From assembly GCA_949291575.1 (NCBI GenBank), contig CASEWH010000067.1, positions 1-57,268 on the forward strand: DNA of 57,268 nt, in the 5' to 3' direction. Shown here piece after piece: positions 26,894-35,296 of this stretch. A program made the translations under genes and the position numbers. Below the pieces are notes generated by a model, which was not told the DNA's origin, made no database searches, and worked only from the letters and a program-made list of their open reading frames with translations. Position 1 is the first letter of the stretch. Each line of letters starts with the position of its first letter. The DNA is from an uncultured bacterium (GTDB taxonomy: Bacteria; Bacillota_I; Bacilli_A; RF39; UBA660).

Positions 26894-28096
26894 CTATACT
26901 GATGGAATTGAACTTACTTTACCTTTAGCGAAAGCTTTAGGATAAGGTGCACCATCATAAATAGCATAAGTTGAATAAATTGTTCTTCTAGGTGTTACTT
27001 TAACCTCTTTATTTACTTCCATACCTTTTACAGTATTAAGTACATAATTTTGAGCATTACCTACAAGCATATCTTCTGCATCCAAGAATGGATCAACTTC
27101 AATTTTAAATAGCGCAGTAGCATCTAATCCTCTTAGATATGGATAATTACCATTATTATCTTTATAACCTACAATTTGTACTGCATAAGCATTAGATATA
27201 TAAGCTTTAGCACCTATTTTCATTTCATTAGATAATGAATCATAAGTTTTAATCATTGTAGCGATTACTTCATCTCCATTTACTGCAGATAATCCATGTA
27301 ATGCACCTGTAGGCTTTTTATCTCCATCACCATAAATAACATTTTTGGCAAGAGCTCTACCCATTTTATTAGCAAGTTCTAAACTTATAAAACTAATAAA
27401 TGCATCAACAGCCATTGCTTCTAACTTCCAAGTAACTTCTACTTGTTTAGCAAGTTCATGACCAGTTAAGCTAATAGTCTTATACTCTTGTCCCTCGTTT
27501 TTAGTATCAGTAAGTTCTGCATACCAATTTGCATCATCTGAAGCATTTAGATAAGGCATTGTAATATTACCAGCAACAGCAATTTTTCTTACATCTCTTA
27601 AAAATGGTGAACTTTCATCTATGATTCTTAACATATCTAATCTAACTGATGTTGGAATAAATAAACCTCCATTGTTGATACCTTGAGTACTTGCATTACT
27701 TTCTACAAATGTAGTAGATGTAGTAGTAATTGCATCTCCTAAAGCTCTTTTTTCTGCTTCAGTAAAATCAGTTCTATTCATTAACTTTTTAGCCCAAGCA
27801 GAACGATACTCTTCTGATTTAAGCACTTCTTCAAGACTTCTTTTCTCTTCTTTCATATCATCATTTCCTTTCTTTTCTACTTTTACAAATTTTCTTTCTT
27901 CTTTCTCATTTGAGTCTGTTTCTCTAATGAGTTTTCTTTCTTCTTCTTTAGAAATAGAACTATCATCAGACAACTCTTTTTCTAGTTCTTCCTTTTTCTT
28001 TTCAACTTCTAAAGCTTCAACTTGTGAACGTAGTTCTTCTACTTCTTCCATTGTTTTAGCTTCTTTAATTTTTTTCATTAATTCTTCTTTATTCAT
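26894..28096 (-). CDS. Major capsid protein, HK97 family
   Basis: 400 aa. N-terminal charged coiled-coil delta-like region followed by the capsid fold region. Follows the prohead protease. Confidence 0.85.
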   Translation of the reverse strand: MNKEELMKKIKEAKTMEEVEELRSQVEALEVEKKKEELEKELSDDSSISKEEERKLIRETDSNEKEERKFVKVEKKGNDDMKEEKRSLEEVLKSEEYRSAWAKKLMNRTDFTEAEKRALGDAITTTSTTFVESNASTQGINNGGLFIPTSVRLDMLRIIDESSPFLRDVRKIAVAGNITMPYLNASDDANWYAELTDTKNEGQEYKTISLTGHELAKQVEVTWKLEAMAVDAFISFISLELANKMGRALAKNVIYGDGDKKPTGALHGLSAVNGDEVIATMIKTYDSLSNEMKIGAKAYISNAYAVQIVGYKDNNGNYPYLRGLDATALFKIEVDPFLDAEDMLVGNAQNYVLNTVKGMEVNKEVKVTPRRTIYSTYAIYDGAPYPKAFAKGKVSSIPSV

Positions 28097-28170
28097 TATT
28101 TTTTCCTCCTATTTTTTTGATTTATACTGCCTCTCGCAGTTCTATAACTAGCCCTATTTTTCTCTCACAG

Positions 28171-28199
28171 AAAAAAAGACATTCTCTCACAGAAATGTC
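28171..28199 (-). terminator. Hairpin plus U-run between the protease and capsid genes (partial terminator or processing site)
   Basis: GACATT/AATGTC stem followed by U7 on the minus strand. Overlaps one copy of a duplicated 14-mer. Confidence 0.35.
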
Positions 28200-28209
28200 C
28201 TTGTCAGGA

Positions 28210-28800
28210 TTATATACATTTAAGTATTGTAGATAGCTTTTCTTTTTCAAGCTTCAACTCATCATACTTCTTCTTACCTTCTAAAAATCTAGATTCACTT
28301 TTTTCTAGGTTTCTAGCAAATACTTCTGTTGTATCATAAAATGGTACATCTACAATAGAAACATCAAAAATCTTATCAAACTGTAATATTCTTCTAGTAT
28401 CAGTTTCATAGTCATTTTCTTCTGCTTCTACTGTAAATGCAAAACTCATCTTATCTAAGAGTTTAGCTTGAATAGATTTATAAATATCTCTATTACTTGT
28501 TGTATCAATTAATTCAGCATGAATAAATAACCCTTTATCATCTATTGTTAATTGTAAAGAATTATTACGTGTCCTTGCCAATAACAGATGGCTATCATCA
28601 TGATTATATCTTAAGATAACATCTTTCATATCTGCTCCGTTAAAAGCATTTTTATCTATAATTTCTGTATAGCCATGAGTAGCTGGACTTTCAAATACTA
28701 CTGCATAACCTTCAATTATCATTCTATCGTCAATATTTCTACATTCTAAATTAGTATTAAATAACCTAACTTCTTTTTCTTTCTTAATCATCATTTCCAT
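28210..28800 (-). CDS. HK97-family prohead protease
   Basis: 196 aa. IEGYAVVFES...RYNHD pattern. Lies between the portal and capsid genes. Confidence 0.8.
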   Translation of the reverse strand: MEMMIKKEKEVRLFNTNLECRNIDDRMIIEGYAVVFESPATHGYTEIIDKNAFNGADMKDVILRYNHDDSHLLLARTRNNSLQLTIDDKGLFIHAELIDTTSNRDIYKSIQAKLLDKMSFAFTVEAEENDYETDTRRILQFDKIFDVSIVDVPFYDTTEVFARNLEKSESRFLEGKKKYDELKLEKEKLSTILKCI

Positions 28801-30016
28801 CTCCTTCCTTTAATTTTTGCCCTAACTGATATACATCTGCAATTTCTGCATTAATATAGTTAAGAGACTGCATTCTTTTCTTTCCTTCTTCTCCTCCAAT
28901 AGGAGCTAAATCTAAAATCATTAATGCTTGATCTACTGTTAATAGTCCCATTGCACCAACTTCTTTGACTAATTTTACTTTTTCTTCTAAAGAAGCATAT
29001 TGAACCCTGTTAACAGAAAATGAAATACTATTGCCATCTCTAATAGCTTTTTTAGAAAATATTTTCATTTTAAAAGACTGTTCTAAATAAATAGCCAAAG
29101 GCTCTAAAACAGTCTCGTAGAAAGCATTCCATTGAGCAGGAGTAAAATCTCCAGAAATTATAGATTTATTAAGATTAAAATAATTAAGAACTCGTTGGTC
29201 AACGTGTTCTAACTGGTCTTTATCTAAAGTTATCGGCTTTATATTTAATTCATTAAATTCTGTCTTATTGTCTATTGCTGCAATACCATCATTATCTGTT
29301 GCATTAATAAATGAATCAACAAACTCTTTTTTATTCTTCTCTATATCTTCTTTCTTTAAATTCTGTGTAAATTTTAATACACCTCTTAAAGAATTAGAAA
29401 CCTTTATAGCATTACTTATTCCCTCTTCTGCAGTAACTTGATTCTGTAACGCAGGCATTAAAACTCTATTGCTACTACCTATCAAATCATCATCATTATA
29501 AAATCTTCTTAAATGGATTAAATCGCCATAAGGTAATATATAACACTTGCCATTAGATAACCAAAATTTTAAATATAAATTGTTACTATCATCTTTAAGC
29601 CATTCTGCTGTACTATAATTAATCGGATAAAATCCTATAATGAATCCTTTCTCATCTTTATCAATATATATAAAAACATTATTTTGAAGATATAGCAAAG
29701 AGATAGTTTTATAAATAAAATCATAAGTTGTCATAATAGGATTAGGCTGATTTGCTAACAAGTAATTTATATCGCCTTTTATATAAACTCTTTGTCCATT
29801 TTTTATCTTATAATGTTTAGGTTCAAATTTAGCACAATGTTTTGCAATAGTGTCAACACATACTGCTACTGTATCATTTAAACTTATATTCTTATTCACT
29901 GTACTAAATGTTGGATTAAATGTATTCATAAGCTTTAAAAGAGTCCTTTGAACAAAGCCTTCGTTACTCTTCCCATTTAATAATTTATCAAAAAAACTTC
30001 TTTTTTCTTTTGCCAT
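28784..30016 (-). CDS. Portal protein (HK97 family)
   Basis: 410 aa. Position is after the large terminase. Confidence 0.85.
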   Translation of the reverse strand: MAKEKRSFFDKLLNGKSNEGFVQRTLLKLMNTFNPTFSTVNKNISLNDTVAVCVDTIAKHCAKFEPKHYKIKNGQRVYIKGDINYLLANQPNPIMTTYDFIYKTISLLYLQNNVFIYIDKDEKGFIIGFYPINYSTAEWLKDDSNNLYLKFWLSNGKCYILPYGDLIHLRRFYNDDDLIGSSNRVLMPALQNQVTAEEGISNAIKVSNSLRGVLKFTQNLKKEDIEKNKKEFVDSFINATDNDGIAAIDNKTEFNELNIKPITLDKDQLEHVDQRVLNYFNLNKSIISGDFTPAQWNAFYETVLEPLAIYLEQSFKMKIFSKKAIRDGNSISFSVNRVQYASLEEKVKLVKEVGAMGLLTVDQALMILDLAPIGGEEGKKRMQSLNYINAEIADVYQLGQKLKEGDGNDD

Positions 30017-30017
30017 A

Positions 30018-31718
30018 CTATCCCTCCACTATTGCCATATAATCATTATATTTTTCATACATTACACAATAAGCAATTATTAAACTAACTGCTCCATCTA
30101 TTCTTGCTCTTTGTTTTTGACCTTTAACTGGTCTAATATTATCATTATCATCTCTTTTAACTGATGTATTTAACAAACACCACTCAAGAATAGGATTATT
30201 ATTATAATTAACAATTTTATCCATTAAATCAGCTTCAAGTTGTTTCATTGGATTACTCATAGTCTTAGCACCTTGCCTTACCTCATACATTTCAAATCCA
30301 TAGTTTTTCATTTCTTCTACCCAGTATTGAGTATTCCACGGATCATATCCTACCCATAAAGTATTTATCTTTAAATCATCTTGCATTTTTAAAAACCACT
30401 GTGTTACATCACAGTAGTCTATTTTTGCACCATCACATAGAGTAACTAACCCTCTTTTTTCCCATTTGTCATAAGGAATTTTATCATCATTAATTTTGTA
30501 CTCTAATTTTTGTGTAGGAATAAAATATTGCTGTTTTACATATCTTATTCCATTTTTTACAACTATTAATGTTGCACAAGTTAAATCAGTAGTACTCGAT
30601 AAATCTACACCACCTATAGCATAGGTATCATATATTTCGTTATCACTAAATGTTGCAGTATTATGTATAACTTCATAAGTTAACCATTTATCTTGGTCAT
30701 TTTGTCTAATATTAAAGTCTTTACATAATAAATTAGGTAATTCATTAGGATTATTACTTGCAGTTTTTACTTTATCCCTTAATATATTGACATTTTTTAT
30801 CGTTCCTAATCCTGGATTAGGTTTATACCAACATTCCTCTTTTTCTATTTCTTTAGGATTATCTAATTCATAAATAATAAACAATATTCTCTCATCTTTC
30901 ATTACTCCAGTTTTTTCAAATGTTTCTATTAAATCAGAGCCATATTCATACTCATTATCAAAAACATTTTCTCTAACTGTACCCATTGTAGAAAATTCTG
31001 AAAATATTGGTTCTTCTCTACCACTCATAGAATCATACATAACATCAATTAAGTTTTTATCTTTCCATGCATGAATTTCATCTGCTATTACGTAAAATGA
31101 ATTTAAGCCATCTAATGAATTGCTATCACTTGCTAGAGCCTTGAAAAAACTTTCTGTATTATAATAGAAAAGTCCATTTATAAGTGTACGTATTCTTTTA
31201 AATAATGCAGGGGATTTTTTGACCATACGTCTAGCTTCTTCCCAGACTATTTTGGCTTGTTCTTTTTTAGTAGCAACAGAATAAACTTCTGCTCCACCTT
31301 CTCCAGCACTTGTTAGCATATATAAACCTATACCTGCTGCAAGAGTTGATTTACCATTTTTTCTAGCAACAAATAATATAGACTTCTGATATTTTCTTAA
31401 TCCAGTTTCATTATCAACAAAGCCAAATAATGCTTGAATAAAAGCTTTTTGCCATAATTCTAGGATTACAGGTTTACCAGCCCATTTACCTTTAGAATGC
31501 TTACAAAATCTTTCAATAAATTCTATTGGTCTGTTGGCTTTATTTTCATCAAAAATGTAAGTATGAGTTTCTTCCTCTTCTGTTAATTCATTAAAAAATG
31601 ATATTGTTTTAGGATTTACAATATCATCTACAAGCTTATTATATATTATTTTGATTTTTTTATTAACTTTATTAGGATTAGCTTTTATCCAATTATTATA
31701 TTCTTCAATATATGTCAT
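30018..31718 (-). CDS. Terminase large subunit
   Basis: 566 aa. WAGKPVILELWQKAF, Walker A-like ARKNGKST, ADEIHAW. Confidence 0.9.
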   Translation of the reverse strand: MTYIEEYNNWIKANPNKVNKKIKIIYNKLVDDIVNPKTISFFNELTEEEETHTYIFDENKANRPIEFIERFCKHSKGKWAGKPVILELWQKAFIQALFGFVDNETGLRKYQKSILFVARKNGKSTLAAGIGLYMLTSAGEGGAEVYSVATKKEQAKIVWEEARRMVKKSPALFKRIRTLINGLFYYNTESFFKALASDSNSLDGLNSFYVIADEIHAWKDKNLIDVMYDSMSGREEPIFSEFSTMGTVRENVFDNEYEYGSDLIETFEKTGVMKDERILFIIYELDNPKEIEKEECWYKPNPGLGTIKNVNILRDKVKTASNNPNELPNLLCKDFNIRQNDQDKWLTYEVIHNTATFSDNEIYDTYAIGGVDLSSTTDLTCATLIVVKNGIRYVKQQYFIPTQKLEYKINDDKIPYDKWEKRGLVTLCDGAKIDYCDVTQWFLKMQDDLKINTLWVGYDPWNTQYWVEEMKNYGFEMYEVRQGAKTMSNPMKQLEADLMDKIVNYNNNPILEWCLLNTSVKRDDNDNIRPVKGQKQRARIDGAVSLIIAYCVMYEKYNDYMAIVEG

Positions 31719-32167
31719 GATAAATTATTAAATTGATCAAACTCATCTTCTGGATTTATTTTTTTATTTTTAGGTAACTCATCATTAAGTTGTTTTATAA
31801 CAGCAATGTAATTTTTAATCATAGCATTATATGTCTTAGATTCAACAGAGTCTTTATAGCCATACTGGTTATTACCATTTACATACTTTTCCTTGACACC
31901 ATTTTTATTAATAAATTCCTTTAAGTGTTTTAGGGTTACAAACATAAAGCTAGCTTCGTCAATTAAATTTGATAAAAGCGTATTATCATCTTTTTTAAAA
32001 TCAACATCAGGAAATAAACTTCTTAATTTCTTCCGTTGTTTTTTTATTTCTTTTTCTCTTTCTTTAGATTGTTTTTCTGCTAACTGTCTCTCTCTTTGCT
32101 TTTGAATTTCTTCAAGATTTTCTCTCGTTAGCTCTATAGAAGTATCTTCTAATTTTTCATCTGGCAT
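31715..32167 (-). CDS. Terminase small subunit (P27-like)
   Basis: Start moved to MPDEKLEDT after TTAGGAGGTG. The upstream part of the tracked ORF is GC-rich non-coding DNA. Confidence 0.75.
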   Translation of the reverse strand: MPDEKLEDTSIELTRENLEEIQKQRERQLAEKQSKEREKEIKKQRKKLRSLFPDVDFKKDDNTLLSNLIDEASFMFVTLKHLKEFINKNGVKEKYVNGNNQYGYKDSVESKTYNAMIKNYIAVIKQLNDELPKNKKINPEDEFDQFNNLS

Positions 32168-32415
32168 GATTACACCTCCTAACACTACACCCCTCACGCA
32201 AAACGACCTGTGCGATTTTCGAAGGCCCAGCACCCGTTGTTCCTATAGGAAGGCTTTAGGGCTAATATGGGGGGGACTTTTTTTGCATATAACAATTAAA
32301 AAATGCTGTTTTTTTTGACTGTTTTTTCTGTTTTTTTGATTTTTTTGTTAAAAAATATAATAATTTAATATAAACTTACACTATTTATTTAACTAAAACT
32401 ATACTTATTTGTATC
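32168..32415. other. Candidate cos region
   Basis: GC-rich island (32170-32280) in AT-rich DNA, followed by phased T-tracts about every 10-12 bp (32305-32350). Located between the HNH and TerS genes. Confidence 0.45.
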
Positions 32416-32715
32416 TTATATTCTCTTCTCTTTTATTACTATATTCCCATCTTCATCAAAATAATAATTATCTTCTTGTTTAAAATGTTCTTTATTATGA
32501 CAATCAATACATAAAGCTTCTAAGTTGTCCCAGTTTAAGGTAATATCTGGGTTATCTACGTTATCTATAGTTACATATTCTTTATGATGACAAATAGTTG
32601 CCGAGTTGTTACATCTTTCACATATATAATATTTACTACTCATGTATGCTTTGCTTGTATCTTTCCAAGCCTTACTATGATAAAGCTTATCAACTTTAGG
32701 ATTACTTCTTTGCAT
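32416..32715 (-). CDS. HNH endonuclease (packaging-associated)
   Basis: CERCN...CHHKEY...ALCIDCHNKEH. Start moved to MQRSNPK. Confidence 0.85.
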   Translation of the reverse strand: MQRSNPKVDKLYHSKAWKDTSKAYMSSKYYICERCNNSATICHHKEYVTIDNVDNPDITLNWDNLEALCIDCHNKEHFKQEDNYYFDEDGNIVIKEKRI

Positions 32716-32911
32716 TATTTTTAACTTTATCAGTTTTAATAGTTGCTTTCTCAACATTATTGTCTAACATAGCTGTCTCTACTACTTCTTTTACATAATT
32801 ATTTTCAAGAAGTACTTTAGCTCTTTTTTGAGATACATTAAATACTTCATTTATTTCTCTAATCTTATTAGATTCTAAATCTTTAAACTTTTCAATAACA
32901 ATTACTTTCAT
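32702..32911 (-). CDS. Hypothetical protein, first late ORF
   Basis: Start moved to MKVIVIEKF after AATGGAGGA. The tracked upstream extension lies in the ribozyme. Confidence 0.6.
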   Translation of the reverse strand: MKVIVIEKFKDLESNKIREINEVFNVSQKRAKVLLENNYVKEVVETAMLDNNVEKATIKTDKVKNNAKK

Positions 32912-32950
32912 ATATAATCCTCCATTTAATAGTAGTCTTAAAGTATGGGA

Positions 32951-33100
32951 CATCTAGGTCTTCAGTTATTCCCTCAGTTGGAAGACTCCACGCTACACGC
33001 TAGTTGACATTCATAATACTAAATAAGTTAATTACTCTCATCTACTAGTATGTTTCGATTGTAGTCAGCAATCTCATCAGGCGTGTACTGAGGCTAGATG
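32951..33100 (-). ncRNA. Hammerhead ribozyme, type I topology
   Basis: CUGAUGA, stem II GAUUG/CAAUC, GAA, a 14-position stem III, cleavage triplet GUA (A17 at 32994), and a three-block stem I of 5+6+7 bp. All folded by hand from the sequence. Confidence 0.8.
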
Positions 33101-33152
33101 TTTGGATGTCAATGCCCCTGCCAAACCCACGCTTTAAAACTACTATTGTAAT

Positions 33153-33183
33153 ATAAACAAAAAGAATATATTTCTATATTCTT
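33153..33183 (-). terminator. Rho-independent terminator downstream of the late-activator gene
   Basis: AAGAAUAUA-GAAA-UAUAUUCUU stem-loop followed by UUUGUUU on the minus strand. Confidence 0.6.
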
Positions 33184-33241
33184 ATGTGTGCAATAAATTA
33201 GTTTTTTCGCTAATTATCCAACTGCACTATAACACATTTTA

Positions 33242-33261
33242 CTGGACATTGTCTGGACATT
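33242..33261 (-). promoter_or_regulatory. Tandem 9-mers (AATGTCCAG x2, 11-bp phase); candidate late-activator binding site
   Basis: CTGGACATT at 33242-33250 and 33253-33261, directly after the stop of the sigma-like gene. Confidence 0.35.
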
Positions 33262-33705
33262 TTAATTATTTTCTTTAGTTTCTTCTTCAACTGATTTATT
33301 TTCATTAATATCTTTTATTATTCTTTGTATTGTTTTTTCGGAACAGTCAAATTTAGCAGCAATATCAGCATGAGATAGACCATATAAATATTTTGCCTTA
33401 AAAACTTTCTTTTCCATCTCGTCCATTTCCTCTATACTTCTGTCTACTTCATTAAAATAATCATTGATCTTATCTAATTCTTTTTTTATTAAAGTTCTTT
33501 CTTTATCTAATTCCTCTATTTCTGCAAAAGTTGCTGTAAACCTATCAGGATGTTTTTCATTTTGGACTTTAACTTCATCAAAGGTAAATCCATGTAATCC
33601 TAATTTTTCATCTATTTTTAATTGTATTCTTTCGTTTAGAATCTTATAAGTCTTTTCATATAATGTACGATCATTTTTTAGTTTTCTTATAACACTATAT
33701 TTCAT
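33262..33705 (-). CDS. Sigma-70 region-4-like late transcriptional activator (RinA/ArpU-type role)
   Basis: 147 aa. C-terminal EKKVFKAKYLYGLSHADIAAKFDCSEKTIQRIIKD HTH. Located just upstream of the packaging genes. Confidence 0.7.
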   Translation of the reverse strand: MKYSVIRKLKNDRTLYEKTYKILNERIQLKIDEKLGLHGFTFDEVKVQNEKHPDRFTATFAEIEELDKERTLIKKELDKINDYFNEVDRSIEEMDEMEKKVFKAKYLYGLSHADIAAKFDCSEKTIQRIIKDINENKSVEEETKENN

Positions 33706-34844
33706 TTTCCCTCCTTAATCTTTTCTACTTTTACATATCCTGTATCTAGTAACTCTCTAGCCCTTTCGTTGTCATATAAATAATAAATATTATTTTTTCT
33801 TATTATAGCATTTCCAATATCATTATGCTCGAATATATCATCAATTATGAGTTCTGGTCTTTTATCAATGTAATCTTTTAAGGCCCTAATTTTATATTTT
33901 ATTTTAGGGACAGATACTCTCTTATTGAATAATTTATCCCAGTCTTTTATAGTACCTTTTTCTTTATACACAAAGTTTTTTGGAATATTGTTTACTATTT
34001 TATTTATATCTAAATTAGATAAATCCATATCTAATAAATAGCCATTAACACCATCTTCAATCGATTCATAACTACTTGGATAATTTGTGGAAATAACTGG
34101 CGTCCCATATTGTAAGCACTCATTAACAAAATAACAATAACCTTCTGTATCTGATAATTGCACCCCATAATCTGCTTCTGCTATATAATCAAATATATCG
34201 TGTGAAGGTTTTAAATAAACGATTTCTTCCATATCAAAAGGTTTCTGTTGATATAATTTTAAATCGGTAAAAATAATCCATCTAAATTTTATATTATTTG
34301 CTTTTAAAACTTGAGCTAATTTTAGCATTCTACTGTACCCTTTTTCCTTTGAAACTCTAGTTGCTGATATTAATTTTAAAATATGATGAGTATCTTGTTT
34401 ATCATCTAATATATTATAAATGGTTGTTACTTTTTCATTTGGATATAGATTTTTAAAAACAGATGTTATATGTTTACCGACTGCAACATGTTCTGTTGTT
34501 TTATTCCATTTTTCATAGACAAAACCTGTATCTTTAGCTTTTATATAATCAGCATGAATCATCTGTATATATCTTCCAGTTTTAGCAATAACAGTTTCAG
34601 GATATCCTCCCCAAGCACTTGCCAAAAGACAAATGTCACATATATATTTCTTATTTTCTTTATATTTCTCTACTGAAATATTCAATTTCTTTAGTCTGTT
34701 TATAGTATCTAAATGTCCTTCTTTATATAAAAATAAAATATTGTATTTATCTCTCATTTTCTTACAAAAGTTATAATCAAATGTATCAATGCCTCCAATC
34801 TGTAATGGATTAGTATGATATAGAATTATATTCTTTTTTCTCAT
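33702..34844 (-). CDS. GT-B (group 1) glycosyltransferase with extra C-terminal domain
   Basis: LSDTEGYCYFVNECLQYGTPVISTNYPSSYESIEDGVNGYLL (E-x7-E region). Start moved to MRKKNIILY after GGAGG. Confidence 0.7.
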   Translation of the reverse strand: MRKKNIILYHTNPLQIGGIDTFDYNFCKKMRDKYNILFLYKEGHLDTINRLKKLNISVEKYKENKKYICDICLLASAWGGYPETVIAKTGRYIQMIHADYIKAKDTGFVYEKWNKTTEHVAVGKHITSVFKNLYPNEKVTTIYNILDDKQDTHHILKLISATRVSKEKGYSRMLKLAQVLKANNIKFRWIIFTDLKLYQQKPFDMEEIVYLKPSHDIFDYIAEADYGVQLSDTEGYCYFVNECLQYGTPVISTNYPSSYESIEDGVNGYLLDMDLSNLDINKIVNNIPKNFVYKEKGTIKDWDKLFNKRVSVPKIKYKIRALKDYIDKRPELIIDDIFEHNDIGNAIIRKNNIYYLYDNERARELLDTGYVKVEKIKEGK

Positions 34845-34920
34845 GGTACCTCCAACAAATGTATCTTTCATCAATATTTTTCTTTTCTTTTAACTAATAA
34901 TTATATTTCTTTACACATAT

Positions 34921-35157
34921 TTACCACTTTTTAAAACCATCATATTTTTTTAGATATTCTTCTAATTCGTCAAGAGTTGTTTTTGAACTATCTAATATTG
35001 GCCTATTATAATTTGATAAATAATCTTCTACATTTGGATTATACAAAAATAATATCCATCTATAATCATCATCTAAATTTGTTTGAATGCATAAATGAAA
35101 CATATTTTTGTTTAATAAATTTTGTATTTTAAATAATCGTTCTATTTCTTTACTCAT
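34921..35157 (-). CDS. Hypothetical early protein
   Basis: 78 aa. Conserved junction AGGAGAATAGATAATATG at the start. Confidence 0.55.
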   Translation of the reverse strand: MSKEIERLFKIQNLLNKNMFHLCIQTNLDDDYRWILFLYNPNVEDYLSNYNRPILDSSKTTLDELEEYLKKYDGFKKW

Positions 35158-35162
35158 ATTAT

Positions 35163-35291
35163 CTATTCTCCTTTATTCAAGATTTCCTTTACAAACTCAT
35201 CAGTTGTTTCTTTTATTATTTTTTCAGTTTCTTCTTTTCCTAAATGTTTTTCACATATTTTAATTAGTTTTTCTAATAATATATCTTTCAT
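35163..35291 (-). CDS. Hypothetical 42-aa protein
   Basis: MKDILLEKLIKICEKHLGKEETEKIIKETTDEFVKEILNKGE. Same junction motif at its start and stop. Below the cut-off of the ORF track. Confidence 0.45.
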   Translation of the reverse strand: MKDILLEKLIKICEKHLGKEETEKIIKETTDEFVKEILNKGE

Positions 35292-35296
35292 ATTAT

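Noticed and set aside
31715-32233. N-terminal extensions of tracked ORFs: TerS to 32233, 32702-32953, 33702-34874, 18112-18801, 20027-20920, 13202-13699, 10204-11490, 43540-44241, 44543-44803 and 49607-49912
   Set aside because: In each case an internal start codon has a properly spaced Shine-Dalgarno sequence, and the upstream part overlaps the previous gene or non-coding structure. The starts were shortened accordingly.
32269-32275. G7 tract as a third copy of the poly-C/G element
   Set aside because: It is on the opposite strand relative to the genes, and its flanks share only a few bases with the other two loci. It is more likely part of the GC-rich cos-region island.
32961-32967. Second CUGAAGA core motif, suggesting a type II hammerhead permutation
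   Set aside because: The required stem II (10.1 G with 11.1 C) and stem I closing pairs cannot form. The motif is simply part of the GAAGAC helix strand.
33006-33008. GUC as the hammerhead cleavage triplet
   Set aside because: It would leave 5 unpaired nucleotides between the cleavage site and stem I, and give only a 4-bp stem III. GUA at 32996-32994 gives a canonical junction, a 14-position stem III and an immediately adjacent stem I.
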